In this document: in pieces, positions 1 to 8,444 of the stretch
Position numbering within the stretch: position 1 is the stretch's first letter
Layout of the letters: each line of letters opens with the position of its first letter
DNA from: Sphingomonas sp.
Lineage (GTDB): Bacteria > Pseudomonadota > Alphaproteobacteria > Sphingomonadales > Sphingomonadaceae
Length of the DNA stretch: 64,000 nucleotides
Assembly (NCBI RefSeq): GCF_019749955.1
Contig: NZ_JAIEPC010000017.1
Coordinates: 383-64,382 of the forward strand
Direction of reading: 5' to 3'
Program-made: the position numbers and the translations under genes
Notes under the pieces: generated by a model
The model's input: only the letters and a program-made list of their open reading frames with translations
The model's database searches: none
What the model was told of the DNA's origin: nothing

Positions 1-121
1 TGGCCGCAACGGGCCGCGCCTCGCCGGGCGCCTGGCTAAGGATCGCGGCGCCCGCGACCAGCATCGATACCGGCAGCGGCACTGCCCAGAGCAATGCACG
101 ATTCTGTAGAATTTTCGTCAT
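1..121 (-). CDS. hypothetical secreted/membrane protein, N-terminal fragment (continues past left edge)
   Basis: A reverse-strand ATG sits at 121-119, with AAGGAGG about 11 nt upstream. It translates MTKILQNRALLWAVPLPVSMLVAGAAILSQAPGEARPVAA..., a hydrophobic signal-like N-terminus. It is absent from the ORF track because no stop lies inside the window. Confidence 0.5.
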   Translation of the reverse strand, partial: MTKILQNRALLWAVPLPVSMLVAGAAILSQAPGEARPVAA

Positions 122-241
122 GACAGGCGACCCCTCCTTGCTTGACTAGGGAGATGCTACGCCCATTGGCAATCAAAAGGAATATTATTTTGATGGTGTA
201 AATACAGTTTGCCGGCATTTACTTGACCCATGCCCGCCGGC

Positions 242-961
242 TCAGCGTATGCGTTGCAGCGCCGCCACCATGGCCACCGCGCAGACCATGCCGCCGGCCA
301 AACCCGCGATCGCTGGCTGCCACGGATCGGCGCTGAGCAACACGCGCAGCGGTAGCACCCAGGGGAAATAATCGGCCTGGCTCGAACGCGTCATCGTCAC
401 CGCAATGGCAATCAGCGTGCCGCCGATACCGAAGCCGAGCGACACCACGAAATTCGAAAAGCGCAACGCCACCCAAAGCTGGAGGCAGGTGAAGCAGCAG
501 GCGCTCGCCGTGATCAGCAGCGCGCTCCGCCCGATCGCCGCCCAATCGAGCGGCCCGACCGGGGGCCGCCCGCTCAGTGCTCCGCCGAGTGCGGCGGCGA
601 GGAGAGTGAAGCCTGCCATCAGCAGTGTCATCGCCGCCATCGCACCAAGCGCCACCACCAGCTTGGCGGCGAATATCCGCCAGCGCGCAATGGGTAGCGC
701 CAGCCAATGGTCCCACATGGCCGAACGATGCTCGATATTGCCAAGCAACGTCGCCAGCGCCGTCACCGCCATCGGCAGCAGGAAAAACGCCCAGATCGGG
801 AAGGCGAAATCGAAGAAAATCGCGCGCCACGTCGGTTGGCGGCGGTTGGCGATCATCGCCAGCAAAACGATCAGGCTCAGCAATGCAGGGACGGTCACCA
901 GCAGCAGCAATGCCAGCGACCCGCCAAGCTTTCGGATTTCCACCCAAAGCACGCGCATCAT
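242..961 (-). CDS. ABC-2 type transporter permease
   Basis: A 239-aa polytopic hydrophobic protein with about 6 predicted TM segments. Its ATG overlaps the stop of the upstream ATPase gene (ATGA at 958-961). Confidence 0.75.
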   Translation of the reverse strand: MMRVLWVEIRKLGGSLALLLLVTVPALLSLIVLLAMIANRRQPTWRAIFFDFAFPIWAFFLLPMAVTALATLLGNIEHRSAMWDHWLALPIARWRIFAAKLVVALGAMAAMTLLMAGFTLLAAALGGALSGRPPVGPLDWAAIGRSALLITASACCFTCLQLWVALRFSNFVVSLGFGIGGTLIAIAVTMTRSSQADYFPWVLPLRVLLSADPWQPAIAGLAGGMVCAVAMVAALQRIR

Positions 962-1881
962 GCCGCCGCCGCCAGCGGCTGCGTGGTCGCCCGACGATAT
1001 ACCTGCTCGAGATTAGGCCGCTCGCGTTCGAGCGCCGAGACCGCAAGTCCCGCTTCCACCAGCACGCGGTTGATCGCCGCGGCCAGCGCGGGATCGTGGC
1101 GAGCGATCGACATGACAAGCGAAGACCGCTCGATCACCGCGCCCGGCAGACCCGCCGCAGCGAGCACCGCAGCGCCGCGAACGGGGTCATCCAGTGTCAC
1201 GCGCAAGATGCTCGGCGAGCCCAGCAGCGCCGAAACCTTGTCTTGCAGCACGAGTCGACCGCCCTGCATCAGCCCGGCCACGCTCGCAGTCAGTTCGATT
1301 TCCACCAGCAAGTGGCTCGACACGAACACCGTGCCGCCGATGCGATTGGGCAGATCGCGGATCAGGTCGCGCATCGCAATGATCCCATCTGGGTCGAGCC
1401 CATTGGTCGGCTCGTCGAGCAACAGCAACCGGGGCGTACCCATGATCGCGCGGGCAATCGCCAGCCGCTGCTTCATGCCGAGCGAATAGCTTCCGACCAG
1501 CTTGCGCCCGGCCTGCGCCAGCCCAACGACCTCCAAAACCCGCCCCTCTTCGCCAGGCGGCAGGCCAAGCAGAATGCGGGTCAAGCGCAAGTTATCGGTG
1601 CCGCTTAGATGATCATAAAGCGCCGGTTGCTCAATCAGCGAACCGACATTGCGGAGCGCCCCGCGCCGATCCCGCCGCAGATCATGGCCCAGCAAGCGAA
1701 TCGTCCCGGCATCGGCGCGGATCAGTCCGAGCAGTGCCCGCATCGTAGTGCTCTTGCCCGCCCCGTTCGGGCCGAGAAAGCCGTAAACACAACCTTCCGG
1801 CACCGCGAGATCGACCCCGTCGAGCACGGTTGTCCGACCAAAGCGCTTTACGAGGCCAAGTGTTTCAATCGCCAACCCCAT
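958..1881 (-). CDS. ABC transporter ATP-binding protein
   Basis: Walker A is GPNGAGKST, the signature-like motif is YSLGMKQRLAIARA, and Walker B is LLLLDEP. 307 aa. Confidence 0.92.
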   Translation of the reverse strand: MGLAIETLGLVKRFGRTTVLDGVDLAVPEGCVYGFLGPNGAGKSTTMRALLGLIRADAGTIRLLGHDLRRDRRGALRNVGSLIEQPALYDHLSGTDNLRLTRILLGLPPGEEGRVLEVVGLAQAGRKLVGSYSLGMKQRLAIARAIMGTPRLLLLDEPTNGLDPDGIIAMRDLIRDLPNRIGGTVFVSSHLLVEIELTASVAGLMQGGRLVLQDKVSALLGSPSILRVTLDDPVRGAAVLAAAGLPGAVIERSSLVMSIARHDPALAAAINRVLVEAGLAVSALERERPNLEQVYRRATTQPLAAAA

Positions 1882-2148
1882 GCGCGCATCCCGCCAAGCC
1901 GTTCGATTAATTGCTTGTCTTTAAAATGCGGGAGCGTCAACGCGTTGAAATATTCGAATCTTCACTTTGCGCCGCCCTGCGTCTGGAGAAGCAAATCAAC
2001 GGCGCTGCGGCCAACGTAGTTGAGGGGTTCGGGCGATGGTCCGTAGCGCGTCAAGATCAATAAAAACATTGGGTCTGCCTGCATGCGAAGACCTGCAAAA
2101 GGACGGGCGCACCACCCGCGCCTGGGTGATGCGCCCGAGTTGATATCA

Positions 2149-2169
2149 AGGCGGCCCGGCAGGCCGCCT
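2149..2169 (-). terminator. stem-loop downstream of the BNR-repeat gene (possible terminator, no U-tract)
   Basis: AGGCGGCC-loop-GGCCGCCT forms an 8-bp GC stem about 10 nt after the stop at 2180. No T-run follows on the minus strand. Confidence 0.35.
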
Positions 2170-2179
2170 CGATCGTCGC

Positions 2180-4777
2180 TTACTTCATGTCACCATAAGT
2201 GGCGCCCGATCCGGCGAACCCGATGTACACGCGGCCGAACACGCTCTTGTCGCCATCGATGGCTCGGACGGTATCGAGGCTGTTGTTGGGGAAGCCCATC
2301 GACTGCCACGTCGCGCCTTCGTCGGTGGAGCGATAAATGCCATATTTGCCGCCCACGGTCCCGGCGATGAAGATCGTCGGATAGCCGCCGGTAAACTGCG
2401 GCTTGCCAAAGCCAAAGGCATGGATGCGCGAGGCGCCGGGCACATCAGTCCAGGTCGCGCCGCCATCGATCGAGCGCTTGAACGCGATGTCGGGGTCGCC
2501 TTGGAGCTGACCGGGCGTGAAAAACAAATGCCCCGCCTTGCCCGGCACCGACCCCAGCGTCGCGTTGAACACCGAGAAATTGGTGATCTCGCCCTGGAAC
2601 ACGCGGGCCCAAGTCTTGCCGCCATCGCTCGTGCGCCACATGCCCGAAATGTTGGTGCCGCCCGCATTGTAATAATAGAAAGTCGACGCAAGCACCCGAT
2701 CGGCCACCAGCACCTTGCGGTTGAGATAATTGCCGAAGTGCGAGTGATATTCACTGTTCACTTCACCCGGCAGCCGCACGACATTCCATGTGGCGCCGCG
2801 ATTGAGCGTGTAGGCGGGCTGACGGTTCCAGCTCGACAACCACATGATATTGTCGATGTTGTTGGCTGCGACCGCCATGTCGCCAAAGCCGAAGCGCTGG
2901 TGCGGGTAGCCGAGCCGGATCGTCGGATTGTCCGGATTAATCGACGCGTCGATCTGCGGGAAGCTCGCAAACTCGGTCCAGGTCTTGCCGCCGTCGATCG
3001 ACCACCCCGCCTGCGTCGGGTCGCGCTGATCGGTACAGCAATATCGATGGTCGGAAGTGTTCGCGACGATGAACTTCGGATTGGCGGGGCTCCAGTCGAG
3101 GTCCCAAGCGCTGTTGAAGTTGAACGCCGGACCGTGCGTCGCCGGGAATTTGTCGAGCGATTCGCTGTAGAAAATCGCGCGATCCCATGCTGCCGTCACT
3201 GGCTGCCCGCCGGGCGGCGCAATGACGTCGTTGATCACAAGCTGCTCGACGCCGCGGCTGGTCGCCTGCCACGTGACACGCGACGTCGCATCGTCGACCT
3301 GCGTGGTCCACACGCCGATTCCTTGCGCCATCCAGATCTTGCCCGGCACCTTGGGGTCGAAATGCGCCTGCGCCGTCGAGAAATAATCCTCGCTGGTCCA
3401 GGCGTGCCAGGTGACATCGCCCGCCGCGGTGCGAATGCCCGGCGTCGCGAGCTGAGTCCAATGCGCGCCGCCATCGACCGTGCGCCACGGCTCGCCCGAG
3501 CCGCTGAACGCATAGACCCGATTGGGATTACCCGGATCGACGGTCAGCGTCTGGATGTTGTTGGTCGGCGACACATTGGTCCAGGCGCCGCCGCGATAAC
3601 GCCACACCGCGCCGCTGCCATTTTGTCGATCGATCGCGAACAGCGTCCCGTCGCTCGCGATTTCGGAACGCCAAGCCTGAACCGGGCCGGTATTGCCATC
3701 GGCGATCCGTTGCCAGCTATTGCCGCCATCGGCCGAGCGCCAGATGCCATTGCCCCAGGAAGAGGCATAGACAATGTTGGTCCGGCTGCCGTTGCTGCCG
3801 CCTGCGGGATCGAAGAAGATGCTGATGCCGCCGCCAGTGTCGGACAACTGCCCCTTGTCATTGTAGCGATGCTCGCCGACCGGAATGTCGCTGATCGTGG
3901 TCCAGGTCACGCCGCCGTCGACGCTGCGGCGCATGCCGTCGTCGCGCGTCCCGACATAGACGATGTCGGCATTGACCGGGTCGACCGCGATCTTGAAGCT
4001 GCCCGTGCGATAATCGTCATTGGGGTTCGCTTCGGCGACACCGAACGCGGTGCTGCGCGTCCAGCTCGCGCCCTTGTTGTCGCTGCGGTAGAAGCGGCTG
4101 TTGTAGTACATATAGAGCCGCTGACTGTTGGTCGGCGCGATCACGACATCGGTCACGCCGCCGCCCGTCGGGAGCCGATCATCAGCCGGCATGCTGATCG
4201 CCGTGACGAGCTGATTCCACTTGTTGTTTGCCCAGATATAAGCGCCATAGGTGTCGGTGCGGATCACGCGCTCGACCCCGTCGCGGTGCAGATCGATCCC
4301 GGTGATGAAACCGCCCGCGCCAATCGCCAGCGGTTGCCACGACGCCACACCGGGCGTGCCCGGCCGCGCGCGCAGCACGGTGATGACCACGCGATCGCGG
4401 CCGATGACTTTGGTCGTTCCGGCTTTGCGCCCGACGATTTCAAAAGTGTATTTGCCAGCACCCGGCACTTGCACGCGCGTTGCCAGCGATGTCGGTGACG
4501 CGATGATCGCACCGACCGGCCCGCCAATCTGGCGCCATTCGACCTGGCTGCCGTTCGAGCGCGCCGACAGCACGACCTGATCAACCGGCAAAGTGATGGT
4601 CTGGTCCGGCCCGGCATCGGTCGGCTTGTAGCTGGTCGACGCGACGGCGACCGCCACAACGACCAAGGTCGTGGCGCCCGCAGCGGTTGTCACAACGGTT
4701 GCCGGATTGGCGGCAAGCGCCGCAGCGGAAAGGGTCGAAAGGCTGATGCTTCCCAAAGTTGATCGCGCTGAAATCAC
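2180..4777 (-). CDS. secreted BNR/Asp-box repeat protein, GH74/sialidase-like beta-propeller with N-terminal PKD/Ig-like domain
   Basis: At least seven Asp-box motifs are present (DGGVTWT, DGGNSWQ, DGGAHWT, DGGKTWT, DGGKTWA, DGGATWT, DEGATWQ). A GAGGFITGI motif is typical of GH74-type propellers. The PKD-like segment reads DAGPDQTITLP...GKYTFEI. The N-terminus is a hydrophobic anchor or signal. The start is GTG with GGGAGAA upstream. Confidence 0.8.
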   Translation of the reverse strand: MISARSTLGSISLSTLSAAALAANPATVVTTAAGATTLVVVAVAVASTSYKPTDAGPDQTITLPVDQVVLSARSNGSQVEWRQIGGPVGAIIASPTSLATRVQVPGAGKYTFEIVGRKAGTTKVIGRDRVVITVLRARPGTPGVASWQPLAIGAGGFITGIDLHRDGVERVIRTDTYGAYIWANNKWNQLVTAISMPADDRLPTGGGVTDVVIAPTNSQRLYMYYNSRFYRSDNKGASWTRSTAFGVAEANPNDDYRTGSFKIAVDPVNADIVYVGTRDDGMRRSVDGGVTWTTISDIPVGEHRYNDKGQLSDTGGGISIFFDPAGGSNGSRTNIVYASSWGNGIWRSADGGNSWQRIADGNTGPVQAWRSEIASDGTLFAIDRQNGSGAVWRYRGGAWTNVSPTNNIQTLTVDPGNPNRVYAFSGSGEPWRTVDGGAHWTQLATPGIRTAAGDVTWHAWTSEDYFSTAQAHFDPKVPGKIWMAQGIGVWTTQVDDATSRVTWQATSRGVEQLVINDVIAPPGGQPVTAAWDRAIFYSESLDKFPATHGPAFNFNSAWDLDWSPANPKFIVANTSDHRYCCTDQRDPTQAGWSIDGGKTWTEFASFPQIDASINPDNPTIRLGYPHQRFGFGDMAVAANNIDNIMWLSSWNRQPAYTLNRGATWNVVRLPGEVNSEYHSHFGNYLNRKVLVADRVLASTFYYYNAGGTNISGMWRTSDGGKTWARVFQGEITNFSVFNATLGSVPGKAGHLFFTPGQLQGDPDIAFKRSIDGGATWTDVPGASRIHAFGFGKPQFTGGYPTIFIAGTVGGKYGIYRSTDEGATWQSMGFPNNSLDTVRAIDGDKSVFGRVYIGFAGSGATYGDMK

Positions 4778-5222
4778 GGTAGTTCTCCCGGTTTTTTTGC
4801 ATGCGAAGGCAGCGTCGAAGCGGCGGCTTCGACGGTCGGACGGAATGGTGGAAATGGCATTGGATCGCGGTTGAGGGATGCACGGATGTCGACGCGTGAT
4901 TGCGTCGGACGACGGTCGCTTGCTTCGCTCCTTCCAGTTGCTGCTCGACCGTTACGCCAGCGTGCCCTGCTCGAACTAGCGGTTCGTCGCGCTAATCAAT
5001 CCTTGCCAAAAGTGGTTAACGGCATAGCCGGGATGCGCGCATAGCAAGAATGCACAAAGGCGCAGTCAGCGCCCTCGCTCCGCCATTTTACGCATGAGAA
5101 TCAGGGACATGATAGGCGATCGGCGACGACTTACCGCCATACGCATGGCTTGCGGCTGCACGGCACCGCACCACCCGGGCGCTATCCCGAACCCTTAATG
5201 GCCTAATCGACCCGAGCGGCCC

Positions 5223-6989
5223 TTAAGCCGCCACGCCGACCCGATCCTCGAACAGGACCTTCAGATCCTTCTTCAGGATCTTGCCGTTCGCGTTCCTCGG
5301 CAGCGTTTCTTCGACGAAGCGGATCGCGACCGGCGCCTTGAACGCGGCGAGATGCTGGCGCACCCAGGCCTGCAATTCCGCCTCGGTCGCGCTGGTCCCC
5401 GGCGCGAGGTGGACGACTGCTGCCGGTTCTTCGCCGAGCTGCCGGTGCGGCAAGCCGATCAGCGCGCAGTCGGTGACGGCGGGGTGGGCGTAGAGGACAT
5501 TCTCGACTTCGCTCGAATAGATATTCTCGCCGCCGCGGATGATCATGTCCTTGGCGCGGTCGACGATGTAGAGAAAACCCTCCTCGTCGAGCCGGGCGAG
5601 GTCGCCGGTGCGCACCCAGCCGTTGACGAAGGTCGCCGCCGTCGCTTCGGGCTTGTTCCAATAGCCCTTCACGATCATCGGCCCGCGCGCCCACAGCTCG
5701 CCGACGTCGCCGACGGGGAGTTCGTTGACGCCATCCTCGTCCATGATCTTCAAATCGGCGACCGCGACCGCAGGCCCCGCGCTGGTCGGGCGGTTGAGAT
5801 AATCCTCGGCGGCGTGGCCTGTGACGGTTGCCATCGTCTCGGTCATGCCCCAGCCATTGCCGGGCAGCGCGCCGAATTCGGTGTAGATGCGCTTGACCAG
5901 CTCGGGCGCCGAGGGCGCGCCGCCATAGGCAATCGATTCGAGCGACGAGAGGTCATATTTCGCTCGGTCGGGATGTTCGAGCAGCTGCCACGCAATTGTC
6001 GGCACACCGCCGGTCGCATGCACTTTCTCGCGCTCAATGATTTCCATCGCCTTCACCGCGTCCCATTTGCGCATGAAGATCAAGGTCGATCCGCTCGCGA
6101 CCGCGCCCATCATCCCGGCGCTGCACGCGGTGACGTGGAACAGCGGGATGCAGGTGAGCATCGTCTTGGGCGTTGGCGCCGGAATTTCATCGCCCCGCCG
6201 CAGCAAGGTCCGCGCGCCCGAATAGCCGCTCGAAAAAATGTTGGTGATCAGGTTGCGGTGCGAACCGAGCGCGCCCTTTGGATTGCCGGTGGTGCCGCTG
6301 GTGTAGAAGATCGTCGCATCGTCCTCGGGGACGAGCTCGACCGGCGGCAGCCCTGCTTCAGGGAGCACGGCCCAGTCGTGCGGGGTACCGATCAGCGTTT
6401 CGAATGCGCTCGCCTTGCCGTCGAGCGGGGTCACGGCACGCGCCACGAAGATGCGTTCGAGATCGGGCAACGCACCATAATGTTCGGCCAGTCGCGCATG
6501 ACGCTCGCCGTCGATGAACAGCATACGGCTGCCCGAATCCTTCAAGCCATATTCGAGCTCGGCGCCGGTCCACCACGCGTTGAGCGGCACCATAATCGCG
6601 CCGATCGACACGCCGGCGAAAAACACCACGGGCCATTCGGGCAGGTTGCGCATGCACAGCGCGACGCGGTCGCCCTTCTGCACGCCCATCTCGGTCAGCT
6701 TGCCTGCCAGTGCCGCGACCGCGCGGTAATGCGCATCATAGGTGACGCGCTCGTCCTCGTGGATCGTGAATTCGCGTGCACCGTGGAATCGCGACAGCAT
6801 CACGATCTGCGCGAGATTGGCGGGCGCATGCTTCCACACCCGCGTCGGCACGCCGCCGATGTCGACCGTCTCCATTTCGAAGCGCGCACCAGGACCCGTC
6901 AGCGCCGCCTCAATGTCCTTCAGGCTCATTTTCGGCCACGCGGGATCGAGCGCGATCAGGGGTTCGCTGAGGGTGGTCGCCACGGGCAT
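5223..6989 (-). CDS. AMP-dependent acyl-CoA synthetase/ligase
   Basis: The AMP-binding motif is IFYTSGTTGNPKGA, with GWGMTE and a C-terminal PRNANGKILK. 588 aa. The start is uncertain; an internal M21 is also possible. Confidence 0.9.
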   Translation of the reverse strand: MPVATTLSEPLIALDPAWPKMSLKDIEAALTGPGARFEMETVDIGGVPTRVWKHAPANLAQIVMLSRFHGAREFTIHEDERVTYDAHYRAVAALAGKLTEMGVQKGDRVALCMRNLPEWPVVFFAGVSIGAIMVPLNAWWTGAELEYGLKDSGSRMLFIDGERHARLAEHYGALPDLERIFVARAVTPLDGKASAFETLIGTPHDWAVLPEAGLPPVELVPEDDATIFYTSGTTGNPKGALGSHRNLITNIFSSGYSGARTLLRRGDEIPAPTPKTMLTCIPLFHVTACSAGMMGAVASGSTLIFMRKWDAVKAMEIIEREKVHATGGVPTIAWQLLEHPDRAKYDLSSLESIAYGGAPSAPELVKRIYTEFGALPGNGWGMTETMATVTGHAAEDYLNRPTSAGPAVAVADLKIMDEDGVNELPVGDVGELWARGPMIVKGYWNKPEATAATFVNGWVRTGDLARLDEEGFLYIVDRAKDMIIRGGENIYSSEVENVLYAHPAVTDCALIGLPHRQLGEEPAAVVHLAPGTSATEAELQAWVRQHLAAFKAPVAIRFVEETLPRNANGKILKKDLKVLFEDRVGVAA

Positions 6990-7100
6990 CTCTCCAACTC
7001 TTGAATTTCGGGTTTGGCTTATCGACCAATTGCACGAAGGTTAGTGTTGATTCGAGCCGCGCTCAAGGCAATAGGGGAGCCAAGGTTTCGAACCAGGGGT

Positions 7101-8333
7101 ATGGAGAGGCGTATGGCATTGGCGGACCCGGAGACTCACGGCTTCGACGCCCGGCGACTCGCGCGGCTCGATGCGCTGTTGAACGATCGCTATGTCGCGC
7201 CGGGCCTGCTGCCCAACGCGCAACTGCTGATCGCGCGCGACGGCGAGATCGTCCATTTTTCGCACCACGGCGCCGCGCGGGAGAATGGCGCACCGATTGA
7301 CGCGACATCATTGTTTCGAATCGCGAGCATGACCAAGCCGGTCACCTCGATCGCGTTCATGATGCTGGTCGAGGAAGGCAAGGTCGCGGTCGACACGCCG
7401 GTCCACCACGTCCTGCCCGAGTTCAAAGGGCTCGGCGTCTATAATGGCGGCGGCGGCGGCGTGCCGTTCATGACCAAGCCGACGACTGAGCCGATGCGGA
7501 TGCTCGATTTGCTGCGTCACACCAGCGGGCTGACCTATGGTTTCCAGAATCGCTCGAACATCGATGCCGCTTACCGCGAGGGCAAGCTCGAGAATTGGCA
7601 CGGCAATTACGACCTTGACGAATTCGTCGGCGCGCTGGGCAAAATTCCGCTCGAATTCTCGCCGGGTGATGCATGGAATTATTCGGTGGCGACCGATGTG
7701 CTCGGCGCGATCATCCAGCGCGTGAGCGGCATGAAGCTCGACGATTTCTACCGCACGCGCATTTTCGAACCGCTCGGCATGCACGACACCTTCTTCGCGG
7801 TGCCCGAGGACAAGGTCGACCGGCTGACCGATTGTTTCACCTGGGTGCCCGGCGGCAAGCCCAGGATGTACGATCGCGGCGCGGCCAGCGCGTGGGCCCG
7901 TCAGCCGCGCTTCCTGTCGGGCGGCGGCGGCCTCGTATCGACCGCACTCGATTACCACCGCTTCTGCTCGATGTGCCTCAATGGCGGCAGCCTCGACGGC
8001 GTGCAGATCGTCGGCCGAAAGACGCTTCAACTGATGACGCTCAATCATCTGCCGGACGGCAAGGACTTGGCGTCGCTGTCGAAATCACTGTTCAGCGAGA
8101 CGCAGAATGCCGGGACCGGCTTTGGCCTGGGCTTTGCGGTCAACATGGACGTGGCGAAATCGATGATGCCGGGGTCGGTCGGCGAATATTATTGGGGGGG
8201 CATGTTCTCGACCGCCTTCTTCATCGACCCGGTCGAGCGCATCCAAATGGTGTTCATGACGCAGCTTCAGCCGTCGAACGCCTATCCGATCCGCCGCGAA
8301 TTGAAGACGCTGATCTATAGCGCGCTGACTTAA
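7101..8333 (+). CDS. serine hydrolase, class C beta-lactamase/esterase fold
   Basis: The SxxK nucleophile motif is ASMTKPVTS, with the typical EstB/AmpC-like layout. I chose the ATG at 7101; the ORF track start at 7014 is probably too long. Confidence 0.85.
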   Translation: MERRMALADPETHGFDARRLARLDALLNDRYVAPGLLPNAQLLIARDGEIVHFSHHGAARENGAPIDATSLFRIASMTKPVTSIAFMMLVEEGKVAVDTPVHHVLPEFKGLGVYNGGGGGVPFMTKPTTEPMRMLDLLRHTSGLTYGFQNRSNIDAAYREGKLENWHGNYDLDEFVGALGKIPLEFSPGDAWNYSVATDVLGAIIQRVSGMKLDDFYRTRIFEPLGMHDTFFAVPEDKVDRLTDCFTWVPGGKPRMYDRGAASAWARQPRFLSGGGGLVSTALDYHRFCSMCLNGGSLDGVQIVGRKTLQLMTLNHLPDGKDLASLSKSLFSETQNAGTGFGLGFAVNMDVAKSMMPGSVGEYYWGGMFSTAFFIDPVERIQMVFMTQLQPSNAYPIRRELKTLIYSALT

Positions 8334-8342
8334 CCCCCGGCC

Positions 8343-8419
8343 CCGTTCGTCCCGAGCGAAGTCGAAGGACGGGCGGCACGCGATACGCGCGGTGTCTCGA
8401 CTGCGCTCGACACAAACGG
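8343..8419. repeat. palindromic intergenic repeat, family A, copy 1
   Basis: The ends CCGTTCGT...ACAAACGG are inverted, with internal TCGAGCG(A/C)AGTCGA modules. It matches copies at 18558, 19421 and 36752. Confidence 0.85.
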
Positions 8420-8444
8420 TTTTCGTTTTGATTTGGAGAGAAGA

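Noticed and set aside
36-218. A 60-aa minus-strand ORF from the track (MPANCIYTIK...).
   Set aside because: It spans the AT-rich spacer, has no ribosome-binding site, and overlaps in a different frame the better-supported ATG at 121 that has a strong AAGGAGG.
2420-4498. A 692-aa ORF on the plus strand, antisense to the BNR-repeat gene.
   Set aside because: It is a typical stop-free antisense frame of GC-rich coding DNA. The translation is Arg/Ala/Pro/Gly-rich with no recognisable motif, whereas the opposite strand encodes a protein with repeated Asp-box motifs.
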